In this document: positions 1 to 10,429 of the stretch, piece by piece
How the letters are laid out: the number at the start of each line of letters is the position of its first letter
Numbering within the stretch: position 1 is the stretch's first letter
Source of the DNA: Octopus bimaculoides
Lineage: Eukaryota
Length of the DNA stretch: 52,839 bases
Assembly (NCBI RefSeq): GCF_001194135.2
Contig: NC_068984.1
Span: 118,852,150 to 118,904,988 of the forward strand
Direction: 5' to 3'
Position numbers and translations under genes: made by a program
Notes under the pieces: generated by a model
Seen by the model: the letters and a program-made list of their open reading frames with translations, nothing else
Database searches by the model: none
What the model was told of the DNA's origin: nothing

Positions 1-117
1 GCCTTGCCGATCAGTTTCTCGATGACAAGCGCCAACCGCTTGGCTAACACCTTGGCCAAAATTTTCAAGTCTGCATTGAGCAGAGTGATGGGCTTAAAGT
101 TATCTATGACGTCCCCC

Positions 118-118
<1 letters not shown>
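1..118 (-). mobile_element. L1/Tx1-group LINE reverse-transcriptase fragment, cut by the window edge
   Basis: The minus strand reads open: GDVIDNFKPITLLNADLKILAKVLAKRLALVIEKLIGK. This matches the N-terminal RT motif (N-x-RPISLLN-x-D-x-KILAKVLA-x-RL) of L1/Tx1 ORF2. It is GC-richer than its surroundings and abuts a (GATA)n tract. Confidence 0.85.
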
Positions 119-195
<77 letters not shown>

Positions 196-240
196 TACAA
201 ATAGATAGATGGATAGATGGATGGATGGATGGATGATAGA
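117..240. repeat. (GATA)n/(GATG)n tetranucleotide microsatellite
   Basis: Read directly from the sequence. Confidence 0.97.
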
Positions 241-927
241 TATTTGTATGTATGTATTTGAGTGTGTGTACTTATCTTGACAGCATGTGATGGTTGTAAA
301 TGAGTGTCACTTTCATGCATATGATGGCATTCATTTTCAGTCTTCCATAAATATTTCCCTATGTTTGACCATGGTAGGTACCAGTAATATACCACTGTCA
401 CATCAAATGACTATCTAATCCCTGCAGTAACAGGCCTTGTGTCTAGTCAAAGTAAATCATTATTATCGTAAGAACTGTCATATTATCTATGATTGGGTTT
501 CTGCATTTTCTTCTACTATATCCTTGTAATAACATTGATTATCATTACTTCAGGATTTTTATTTTGCCTATTTTATTTATTTATTTACTAATTTATTTAT
601 TTTGTTGTTCATTTAACTGTTCTTTGTCATTTGATATATTTTGGGTAATTTCCAATTTCCTAGTAAACAGAAATTGGTTTCCTATTTGTTAATTGTAAAA
701 AGGTAACATGTGTTGTAATCAAATACAAAAATGGAACAAGGGCACAGTCATTGGTTACATTGTTAAGAAGTTCTCTTTGCTAGTATGTAGTTGTGGACAA
801 ATATCTTCAACTATAGCATCAGGTTAACTACTATCATGAGAGTGGAACTTGGTAGCAAGAAACTGTGTGGAAGCCGATATACATACATACATATTTTTAT
901 GTGTATATATATATATATAAATTTATA

Positions 928-935
<8 letters not shown>

Positions 936-991
<56 letters not shown>

Positions 992-1005
992 GTAATAGTA
1001 GTAGT
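936..1005. repeat. (AAT)n microsatellite next to a (TA)n run
   Basis: Read directly from the sequence. Confidence 0.97.
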
Positions 1006-1929
1006 AGGGAATATAAATCCAAAACTTACAGGGAAAAATTCAATTTAGCAATTCTAAATCAAATTTCACAATATATAATATATGTAAATTAATGAAAATA
1101 AAAATTTAGCTTAATTTTTAAAGCTTAAATACATATTTCTTCTATCTATTNNNNNNNNNNNNNNNNNNNNNNNNNNNNNNNNNNNNNNNNNNNNNNNNNN
1201 NNNNNNNNNNNNNNNNNNNNNNNNNNNNNNNNNNNNNNNNNNNNNNNNNNNNNNNNNNNNNNNNNNNNNNNNNNNNNNNNNNNNNNNNNNNNNNNNNNNN
1301 NNNNNNNNNNNNNNNNNNNNNNNNNNNNNNNNNNNNNNNNNNNNNNNNNNNNNNNNNNNNNNNNNNNNNNNNNNNNNNNNNNNNNNNNNNNNNNNNNNNN
1401 NNNNNNNNNNNNNNNNNNNNNNNNNNNNNNNNNNNNNNNNNNNNNNNNNNNNNNNNNNNNNNNNNNNNNNNNNNNNNNNNNNNNNNNNNNNNNNNNNNNN
1501 NNNNNNNNNNNNNNNNNNNNNNNNNNNNNNNNNNNNNNNNNNNNNNNNNNNNNNNNNNNNNNNNNNNNNNNNNNNNNNNNNNNNNNNNNNNNNNNNNNNN
1601 NNNNNNNNNNNNNNNNNNNNNNNNNNNNNNNNNNNNNNNNNNNNNNNNNNNNNNNNNNNNNNNNNNNNNNNNNNNNNNNNNNNNNNNNNNNNNNNNNNNN
1701 NNNNNNNNNNNNNNNNNNNNNNNNNNNNNNNNNNNNNNNNNNNNNNNNNNNNNNNNNNNNNNNNNNNNNNNNNNNNNNNNNNNNNNNNNNNNNNNNNNNN
1801 NNNNNNNNNNNNNNNNNNNNNNNNATATATATATATATAGATAGATAGATAGATAGATATATATATACACATACATACATATATACATGCATGCATACAT
1901 ACATGCATACATACATACATACATACATC

Positions 1930-2230
1930 ATCGTTGTCATCTTGGCACTCCATCGGTTACGACAACAAGGGTTCCAGATGATCCAATGAATAGAATTGCC
2001 TGCTCATGAAATTAATGTGCAAGTGGCTGAGCACTCCACAGACACGTGTACCCTTAACGTAGTTCTCAGGGAGATTCAGTGTGTCACAGAGTGTGACTAG
2101 GCTAGCCCTTTGAAATACAGGTACAACAGAAACAGGAAGTAAGAGTGAGAGAAAGTTGTGGTGAAAGAGTACAGCAGGGTTCACTATGACCGAAAGTCTG
2201 CTGCCCTAACCACTGGGCCACTGTGCTTCC
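1930..2230 (-). mobile_element. SINE family C, partial copy (first of a tandem pair)
   Basis: It shares ~170 bp (tgcctgctc...gtggctgagcactccacaga...ccctttgaaatacaggtac) with the copy directly downstream. Confidence 0.75.
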
Positions 2231-2267
2231 ATTAAAGAGCACTCTGTTGATAACAATGATGAGGGTC

Positions 2268-2558
2268 CCAGCTGATATGATCAACGGAACAGCCTGCTCG
2301 TGAAATTAACGTGCAAGTGGCTGAGCACTCCACAGATATGTGTACCCTTAACGTAATTCTCGGGGATATTCAGCGTGACAAAGAGTGTGACAAGGCTGGC
2401 CCCTTTGAAATACAGGTACTACTAATTTTTGCCAGCTGAGTGGACTGAAGCAACATGAAATAAAGTTTCTTGTTCAAGGACACAACGTGTCGCCGGGAAT
2501 TGACCTCATGACCTTACGATTGTGAGCCGAATGCCCAAACCACTAAGCGACGTGCCAC
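2268..2558 (-). mobile_element. tRNA-derived SINE family C, near full length
   Basis: The minus-strand head gtggcacgtcgcttagtggtttggg...gaggtcaattcccgg has A- and B-box-like motifs, followed by gtgtccttgaacaagaaac. The same head recurs at 31190-31330 and 33430-33610. Confidence 0.8.
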
Positions 2559-2824
2559 ACACACATATATGCATACATATATATATACTAACTGACGTGC
2601 CCGGTAATTCCCGAGAAAGCAGGGCTTAACCCTTGGTTCTGTTCTCATAATTGTTTCGCTAATCCAACAACAATACAAAGTTTGTAGCCCTTAAAACAGT
2701 TTTTGTGCTTTTACAGAGAATACCAAACTATCTTACACAGAATCTTGTTTTTAGGAATTCGCAATAAGTTATGAATACCCAAATTGTGAAGTCAGTTATA
2801 GCACGAAATTAGTTACCCAATAGT

Positions 2825-3590
2825 AAACTCAATACAGAGACTTACATCAAGTGCCTAGAGGAGGTAATGCTGCCCCAGTTCAAGAGGATGACTGCTGGAA
2901 GTCTCTGTCTGACAACAGGACTCTGCACTATGGTACACAAATAGGAGAAGCCAGTCATGGCTGCCAGACAATTTCTGCAACCACATCACCCCTAGCATCT
3001 GGTCATTCAACTCCCTAGACTGCAACCCCCTTGATTATTATGTGTTATTTCTTTACTACCCACAAGGGGCTACACACAGAGGGGACAAACAAGGACAGAC
3101 AAACGGATTAAGTCGATTATACCGACCCCAGTGCATAACTGGTACATATTTAATCGACCCCGAAAGGATGAAAGGCAGAGTCGACCTCGGCGGAATTTGA
3201 ACTCAGAACGTAGCGGTAGACGAAATACCGTTAAGCATTTCGCCCGGCGTGCTAACGTTTCTGCCAGCTCGCCGCCTTAATTATTATGTGTGGGATGCAG
3301 TTGAGTGAGAGACCAACAAAATTCCTTGTAACACCAAAGATGAACTGAAGGCAAGAATTATGTCAGCATTCGCCAACTTAAACAAAGAGACTATCCAGAA
3401 GGGTTGCAAGAGATTCCGAAGTCGTCTGGAGACTGTGATTGAAGCCAATGCCAATTTTATTGAATAAATTTACTCTTTAGTATTTCAAGATATTTTTATA
3501 TAATTTTGGTAAATATATCTGTTAAAATGAGATGTCAGTGTTATTTTCCTTTTTGAGTAACTTAGACAACAATATATACACCACACCCTG
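2825..3590 (+). mobile_element. Tc1/mariner-superfamily DD37D (maT/mori-type) transposon 3' half, split by a SINE
   Basis: It translates as QQDSALWYTNRRSQSWLPDNFCNHITPSIWSFNSLDCNPLDYYV, with 37 residues between the Asp codons at 2919 and 3033. It resumes after the SINE as WDAVE*ETNKIPCNTKDELKARIMSAFANLNKETIQKGCKRFRSRLETVIEANANFIE*. It ends ...caccctg followed by TA at 3591-3592. Confidence 0.85.
3045..3279 (-). mobile_element. tRNA-derived SINE family B, full length, with an 11-bp TSD
   Basis: The minus strand starts ggcggcgagctggcagaaacgttagc, carries B-box-like gagttcaaattcc and central gcctttcatcctttcggggtcgat, and ends gtagtaaagaaataa. The TSD attattatgtg is at 3034-3044 and 3280-3290. 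Confidence 0.92.
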
Positions 3591-3954
3591 TATATATAGT
3601 ATATCTTATGTGTACAAATAGATATACAACTTGCTGGTGAATTTGGAATTCCACATTGATCACTATTATCTAATTTTCTTCCAGTATAGTGATTTTGTTC
3701 CTACTGTACTTCATAGCATTATTGCTTGTGATTTGCAGAACAAGTGTAGGAAAATTATGATAAACACAAGTTTATATCATCTGTTTCCGAGAAATGTTTT
3801 ACCATTATGGTTCTTTCCAACTTTTACATTTGATCTCTGCAACATAATGCAATAAAGTGTTCCCTTGATAATCCATTGTACATCCAATTACATTTGGAAC
3901 ATCCAATGCAAAGGTTGCATAGAGCCACAAATATATATATATATATATATACAT

Positions 3955-4163
3955 CTTTTATTTTATCTTTTACTTGTTTTTCCATCATGTTGGGGCACTG
4001 TCTTGAAGAATTTTTAATCAAGCAAATCAACCCTAGTACTATTTTTTAAACCTAGTACTTACTCAATCAATTTCCTTTGCCCAACTGCTAAGCTATGGGG
4101 ACATAAACACACCAACAGCAGATGTCAAACGGTGGAAAGGGGACAAAAACAGACACAAAGATA

Positions 4164-4213
<50 letters not shown>

Positions 4214-4376
4214 AAGGATTTCTTTCTGCTTCCATCTATCAGTTCCACTCACTAGGCTTTGGTCAGCCTGAGGCTATTATAGAAGACACTTGCCCAAGTC
4301 CCACACAGTGGGACTGGACACCTGGCACCATGTGGTTGGGAAGTAAACTTCTTACCACACAGCCACACCTGTACCT
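3955..4376 (-). mobile_element. Composite SINE family A (tRNA-like head, CORE-like segment, internal (TG)n, tail), diverged full copy
   Basis: The head is homologous to 20960-21129 and the tail to 22164-22384. There is an internal (CA)n at 4165-4210. Confidence 0.8.
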
Positions 4377-6037
4377 ATAAAAAGTTTTCTGTCAGAAGTG
4401 ATTATCATCATCATCATCATTTTGATGTTCCCGTAGCATGAGTTGTACAGTTGGACAGGGTCTAACAGTCACAGGACCATGTCTTCCTCTAGTATCTCAA
4501 TTGGATATCTTTATTAATACCAACAACTTTATAGCGTATACTGTCTGCCTTTTTGTGGCTTTAGTATCTGTCAGGTTGTCTTATAACTCACAAGCCTAAA
4601 GAGTCCTCTTGTCTGAGAGGGAGAATAGAAGATAAAGTGGTTACTTTATGTGATACGTGGAGTGGTTAATGCATGATGGGAGGATTAGGGACAGGTTTGT
4701 TGTTAGGGGAGTTTCTCAACAATTTAATAATTAAGATCTTCAGTTAAAACCCAAATTGTCCTAAAACAGGATAAAATATTGCTCACTTAAACATAACAGA
4801 CATCTGATGGGGAAATTACCGTAAGAATCACATCTTTATGAACTTTTTCTTTCTAAAGCTGACCAGTGTGTCTTGAAAAGAGCTGAACCAATTTTTTTCA
4901 ATAGCCAGATGGATATTGAAATGAATTCTTGTTAACCTGGTATAAGTGTTATATGTGTAGCTGTTATCAGTTTCAACTTCAGCTCTATGCACTATTCCTG
5001 TGATTAAATAATTGCCATAAAGTGGGTACTAGCTGTGTGTATGGATGAGTGTCTGTATGGAAATGTGGTTTTGATATTCTCTTTCTTTCTTTGTTGCCAG
5101 CAACAATAAAAACGTTTTGAAATGTGCTGGTATAATAATGAACAATATTCTTCAGTTTTGCAGCTTCTAGAAGTTAGATTCACATCAAATTTTTTTCCTA
5201 GGCAAGGGTTTATATCTAAGAGTACATAGTTCAAAACATTTTATACTCACAAAGCAATTTTTGTCTCAAATTAAGGAGTGCTCATATAGACAATATGCAT
5301 TGCGCATGCACACACACACACACACACTCATACACATGTATATTCATAAGCCTACAAACCCCTGCACAAAATCATACATACAGCCATATTTTATCAACCA
5401 CAGTCATCCTCCAGCTGGAATGGAACTCAGAACCAAGAGGATCTAAATTTAATTCACAAAAGTATTTAGCCTAACACTCTACAATTTTTGTTCATTTCCA
5501 TTGTTCCAGATCTTCCATTCATTAAAATTATACTGAACATATGTTGTCTGATTGTTTTCAAACGTTATAAATATAACATTATAATTATGTTTTCAAACAT
5601 TATAAATTATACTGTAAAATACAGTGTAAAAAATCCATACACAAATGGAAAATTTAGAAATATATAACGAAGCTGTGCCTAAAGGATAAAATGAGAAAAT
5701 ATCATAATTGTAACATTGTTTGAAATTATTCCTATGCAATCACACACATACAGCGTACACATTCATATACGTAAAATACAGAACAAATTAAGCATATTCA
5801 AATCACATACTCACATACACACACAACATACAATCATAAAAAACATCAACATGTAATATGATGCACTTGAAACATAGATAAATACACATGCAGTAAATAT
5901 TACATCAAATATCCAGCAAAGCATGTGTATTTCTATGATTGTATTAGCATATAATTATATGAATGTTCTATTTTAAACATTGTCAAGAAAGCATTGTTAA
6001 TCTTCCAATATGTATTTTTTAAATCTAACAAGTTTAA

Positions 6038-6390
6038 CCCTTTGCTGCTATATTTCTGTTGAAATGCACTACTTTTGTTTCAATTAATTTTGAAAATAAT
6101 GAAGAATTTAGTGAAATAAATAATTATTAAGCTGATGTTTAGAAGACAAATTACATTTCTTTTATTAGCCACACAGGGCACAACGAAGATGGGACAAATA
6201 CAATGTGGAGCTTTTCTTTTTGGGAGGGGAAAAAAAAGGGGGGGGGTCGATCAAAAGGGATCGTAGGAAGGAAAGGGAAGACAAATTAATATGAAATTCT
6301 GATAAAAGGTTTTTAATTTAGATCAATTTAAAATAGGAAGTTTATGTCATAGAACCCTGGAGCAGTTTGAAGTAGGTTGGTATTAATGGC
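6038..6390 (+). mobile_element. TTAA-type non-autonomous DNA element (ttaaccctt... family) carrying a nested retro-insertion
   Basis: It starts TTAA|ccctttg. The body (gtttcaattaattttgaaaataa...ttttaatttagatc) is homologous to 7620-7795, 25600-25755 and 26864-27320. Confidence 0.65.
6154..6276 (-). mobile_element. 5'-truncated LINE 3' end (123 bp) with a 12-bp TSD
   Basis: The TSD gaagacaaatta is at 6142-6153 and 6277-6288. The minus strand ends ...gtgccctgtgtggctaataaaagaaatg, an A-rich tail. Confidence 0.8.
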
Positions 6391-6515
6391 TTTACAAAGT
6401 ATTGTGTTGTAGCTATTCCTATATTTTATGATTAGTATTCAGAGAATATTTCTTACTGAGAAACTCTCCTGAACTCATAATTAGGATACTCTTATAAAGT
6501 GAATTTTGTTTTTAT

Positions 6516-6675
6516 GCAGGCATGGCTGTGTGGTAAGAAGTTTGCTTCCCAACCACATGATTCTGATTTCAGTCCCACTACATAGCATCATGGGCAAGTG
6601 TCTTCTACTATAGCCTCAGGTTGACCAATGCCTTGTGAGTGGATTTGGTAGATGGAAACTGAAGGAGTCCATCAT
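6516..6675 (+). mobile_element. SINE family A head fragment
   Basis: gcaggcatggctgtgtggtaagaagtttgcttcccaaccacatg...gggcaagtgtcttctactatagcc...ggatttggtagatggaaactgaa. Confidence 0.85.
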
Positions 6676-7139
6676 GTATATATAGAGAATGTTAGAATAA
6701 GAACAGTAATAAACGAGTGAAGAACAAATATATTGTGTGTGTGTTTATTTGGCAAAAATAAAAAATAAATAACCATCCCAAAATACAACAATATATATAT
6801 ATNNNNNNNNNNNNNNNNNNNNNNNNNNNNNNNNNNNNNNNNNNNNNNNNNNNNNNNNNNNNNNNNNNNNNNNNNNNNNNNNNNNNNNNNNNNNNNNNNN
6901 NNNNNNNNNNNNNNNNNNNNNNNNNNNNNNNNNNNNNNNNNNNNNNNNNNNNNNNNNNNNNNNNNNNNNNNNNNNNNNNNNNNNNNNNNNNNNNNNNNNN
7001 NNNNNNNNNNNNNNNNNNNNNNNNNNNNNNNNNNNNNNNNNNNNNNNNNNNNNNNNNNNNNNNNNNNNNNNNNNNNNNNNNNNNNNNNNNNNNNNNNNNN
7101 NNNNNNNNNNNNNNNNNNNNNNNNNNNNNNNNNNNNNNN

Positions 7140-7478
7140 GTCACCTTTCTGGCACTTGTGCCTGCGGCATGTGTAAGGACTTTTGAGCGAGATCGTTGCC
7201 AGTGCCCCTGGACTGGCTCTTGTGCGGGTGGCACATAAAGTACACCATTTTGAGCGTGGCCGTTGCCAGTACCGCCTGACTGGCCTTCGTGCCGGTGACA
7301 CATAAAAGCACCCACTACACTCTCTGAGTGGTTGGCGTTAGGAAGGGCATGCAGCTGTAGAAACTCTGCTAAATCAGATTGGAGCCTGGTGCAGCCATCC
7401 GGTTCACCAGTCCTCAGTCAAATTGTCCAACCCATGCTAGCATGGAAAGCGGATGTTAAACGATGATGATGATGATGA
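7140..7478 (+). mobile_element. RTE LINE 3' UTR with (GAT)n tail
   Basis: It is the reverse complement of the 3' UTR at 22887-23248, which lies across a gap from RTE ORF2 sequence. It ends ccaacccatgctagcatggaaagcggatgttaaac(gat)n. Confidence 0.85.
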
Positions 7479-8001
7479 AGTCGCACTGTATTATAATTGA
7501 ATTGAAAGAAAAAATTATCTGGTATGTGAATTATACATGGAGCAAACTAAAACTATAAAGGGAAAAAAAAATTTCTGCCAAGATCTAACACTATAGGAGT
7601 GCAGCTCATACACTAGTGAATATGGTTGTTTTGAAAATATAAAGAATTTAGGAAAATAACTTTGTTGTTATTAATCTGGTGTGTGGAACCTAAATTAACA
7701 TGAAATTTTCATGGTTTTAATTTAGAACACTATGAAACCAGAAGCCTGTATCATAGAACCAGTGTTGTCTCAGGTAGATTGGTATCAAAGGGTTAAATTT
7801 AGAATACATTTGGTCAAGGCAATCCACAATATAAAATAAAAAAGGATGGTCATATGGAAAAACCTTTGCTCATAGTTCTGATTGTTCAGGGTTAATCTGA
7901 GGCTTGAGAACAGCAACGGCCACTTAACATAATCACGGCCTCTCCTTCTGTATTATCCATTAGCTATAACCCTCTATCTTGTTACAAACTATATACAAAG
8001 C

Positions 8002-8150
8002 CATTTACCTAATCCTTCTTCTATAGAGCTACATTTATCTAATCCTTCTTTTATAGAGCTACATTTACCTAATCCTTTTTCTATAGAGCTACAATACCTA
8101 ATCCTTCTTCTATAGAGCTACATTTACCTAATCCTTCTTCTATAGAGCTA
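8002..8150. repeat. 30-bp minisatellite, 5 copies (catttacctaatccttcttctatagagcta)
   Basis: Head-to-tail units with 0-2 differences each and no spacers. Confidence 0.93.
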
Positions 8151-8476
8151 CAGAGCTCTCTCTCTCTCTCTCCTCATGTTGTCTCAATGACCATTAACCC
8201 AGTGGTATGTAGGATATGGCCTATATCTCCTTCTCAATATCTCAATATCATTTTTCTTTCTTTGTTCAATCAATGTTTATGAATAGGAGCATTTATCATT
8301 AGCAATTCTTTACCGAGTTTGTATCAATAAAAATTCACTTTTTTTTTTTATTACAATTATACATGCATATTTTATTCAGTTCTCATAACAAAAAACACAT
8401 AATACAGATTAATTCATAGTATATTATACAGTAAAGAAGTGGCTCAGTAATCTGGTTGGACCATTTGAAGTTAGGT

Positions 8477-8554
8477 AGGTGGGAGTGGCCACTGAGTGGT
8501 TGTGTGGACTGTCCATCATGAAACTGCAAAACTACTTAGTGGCCACTCCCACCT
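8477..8554 (+). ncRNA. Candidate structured RNA / pre-miRNA-like hairpin
   Basis: 25-bp inverted repeat (8477-8501 with 8530-8554) and a 28-nt loop. The two non-Watson-Crick positions are both G-U on the + strand. Function is not demonstrated. Confidence 0.3.
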
Positions 8555-8889
8555 TATGGTCAGGATGAGTGTAGCCATGTGCATGGGTCTTGATTCTTGT
8601 ATTCCTATGTAATGAGGAGAGGGAGGAATTAAGTTGTTGTTTATTTTTCATTATTCATTGCTATTGTAAAATCATATTAATTTGCAGCTACTCTAGATAA
8701 TTTGATATGTTAGATATTCAAATACAGAAATCTACCATTAGTAGTAATATTGGCATGTATTCAATTGCAGGGCAACAAGGAAGAAACATAAAATATGAAA
8801 GAAGTAATTATGGTGGTGCATGAAACATAACCTCGTGCCAGGTTGTATAGCCCTGCCAAAACATGATGCCTGCATCAGTGTCAGTGGTT

Positions 8890-9112
8890 TTTACTGGGTA
8901 AAGCAGGGGTAATGAATGAAGCAGGGGTAATGAATGAAGCAGGTACTGATCTCACATCTTCACACAACAAACCTCAACCCTAGCATGTTACTGGTATGAT
9001 TTACAGGGCAAAATAGAGGCAATGAATGAAACAAGTACTGTTCTATATCTTTGCTCGTTGTACCTCAACCCTAGCATGTTACTGGTACAATTTATGGGTA
9101 AATCAGAGGCAA
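8890..9112. repeat. Degenerate ~91-bp tandem repeat (~2.5 units) with an inner 18-bp duplication
   Basis: cctcaaccctagcatgttactggta is at 8972 and 9063. aagcaggggtaatgaatg occurs twice in tandem near 8901-8936. Confidence 0.75.
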
Positions 9113-9301
9113 GATAGAATTTGTTGAGGCAGATATTCTTGCAACTGGATACCCTTCCTGTCACCAACCCTCACTTATTTCCAAGCAAGGTAATGTTTCC
9201 CTATGACTGGACACGTTTCTGATAGAAACAAACTTGCTCAGATGACGACGATGATGATGCTCATTTATGACCATCACATGATGACCAGACAAGGGTACAC
9301 T

Positions 9302-9533
9302 TATACATATCAACACACATACATATCAACACACATACATATCAACACACATACATATCAACACACATACATATCAACACACATACATATCAACACACAT
9401 ACATATTAACACACATACATATCAACACAAACATATGCATGAATACACACACACACACATACNNNNNNNNNNACACACATACATATTAACACACATACAT
9501 ATCAACACAAACATATGCATGAATACACACACA

Positions 9534-9591
<58 letters not shown>
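9302..9591. repeat. 16-bp minisatellite (atatcaacacacatac)n grading into (CA)n
   Basis: Read directly. The sequence is duplicated on both sides of the 10-N gap. Confidence 0.92.
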
Positions 9592-9594
<3 letters not shown>

Positions 9595-9718
9595 CAGGCT
9601 TCTTTCAGTTTCTGTCTACCAAATCCACTCACGAGGTTTTGGTTGGTTCAGTGGGACTGATCTTAAGACCACATGGTTGGAAAGCAAGCTCCACAACCAC
9701 ACAGCCACACCTACACCT
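9592..9718 (-). mobile_element. SINE family A head fragment
   Basis: ggcttctttcagtttctgtctaccaaatccactc...cacagccacacc. Confidence 0.8.
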
Positions 9719-10429
9719 AACAGGCAATGTGTTTGGATTTGGTTTGGATTTTCATCAAAAGTGATGTTACGAATATTAGATTTATATAATGATGTGCAAT
9801 TCATGGGCTATTTTAAAATCATGAAGTGAACATGTATATTGCAATATTATTGTGGATAAATGTGCATATTCAAAGGTAGCTTTAAAAAAATCAAAAAGCC
9901 ACTTCACTCATCCCTGAAGGATCCTTAAGTAAACCCCAAGTATAAATCCTGAATATCATATACATAGCTACTAAAACCTACTTCCATAACAGCACTGACC
10001 TTTAAGTATTTGAAGTGATCAGCAACTGTATTAAACATACTTGAGTGTTTCTATCTCTCAGTCTAAATAATAAAGAAAAATTAAATAAAATAAAAACTGT
10101 GTATAATTATGAAAAAAATTACGAGCTCAAAATAGCTTCATGAAGTTCATGAAGGAAGAAATAAAGCAAACTAACAAAATTTTCTATCGTAACTGACAAG
10201 ATTGAGAAAATTAAATATGCACACTAAGAATATCTCTATCCTTTTTCTGAATATTTCTCTAATACAATACACTGCCAATATCTTAATTTCTAAAATAATC
10301 AACAATTTGGTGGAGTTCAATGATATAACTAACTCTTCTATTATCAAGTTGATGATTGAAACACAAATTATAAAAGATTTTTACATAAAATTACAATAGA
10401 CAGTTATAATTTAAATATGAACACTTCAG

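Noticed and set aside
2586-2820. Possible Helitron-type 5' end (tactaactgacgtgcccggtaattcccgag)
   Set aside because: No 3' hairpin or CTRR end and no second copy were found, so it is not supportable.
8002-8150. 30-bp repeats resembling a CRISPR array in unit length
   Set aside because: The units are head-to-tail with no spacers, the context is eukaryotic and there are no cas genes.
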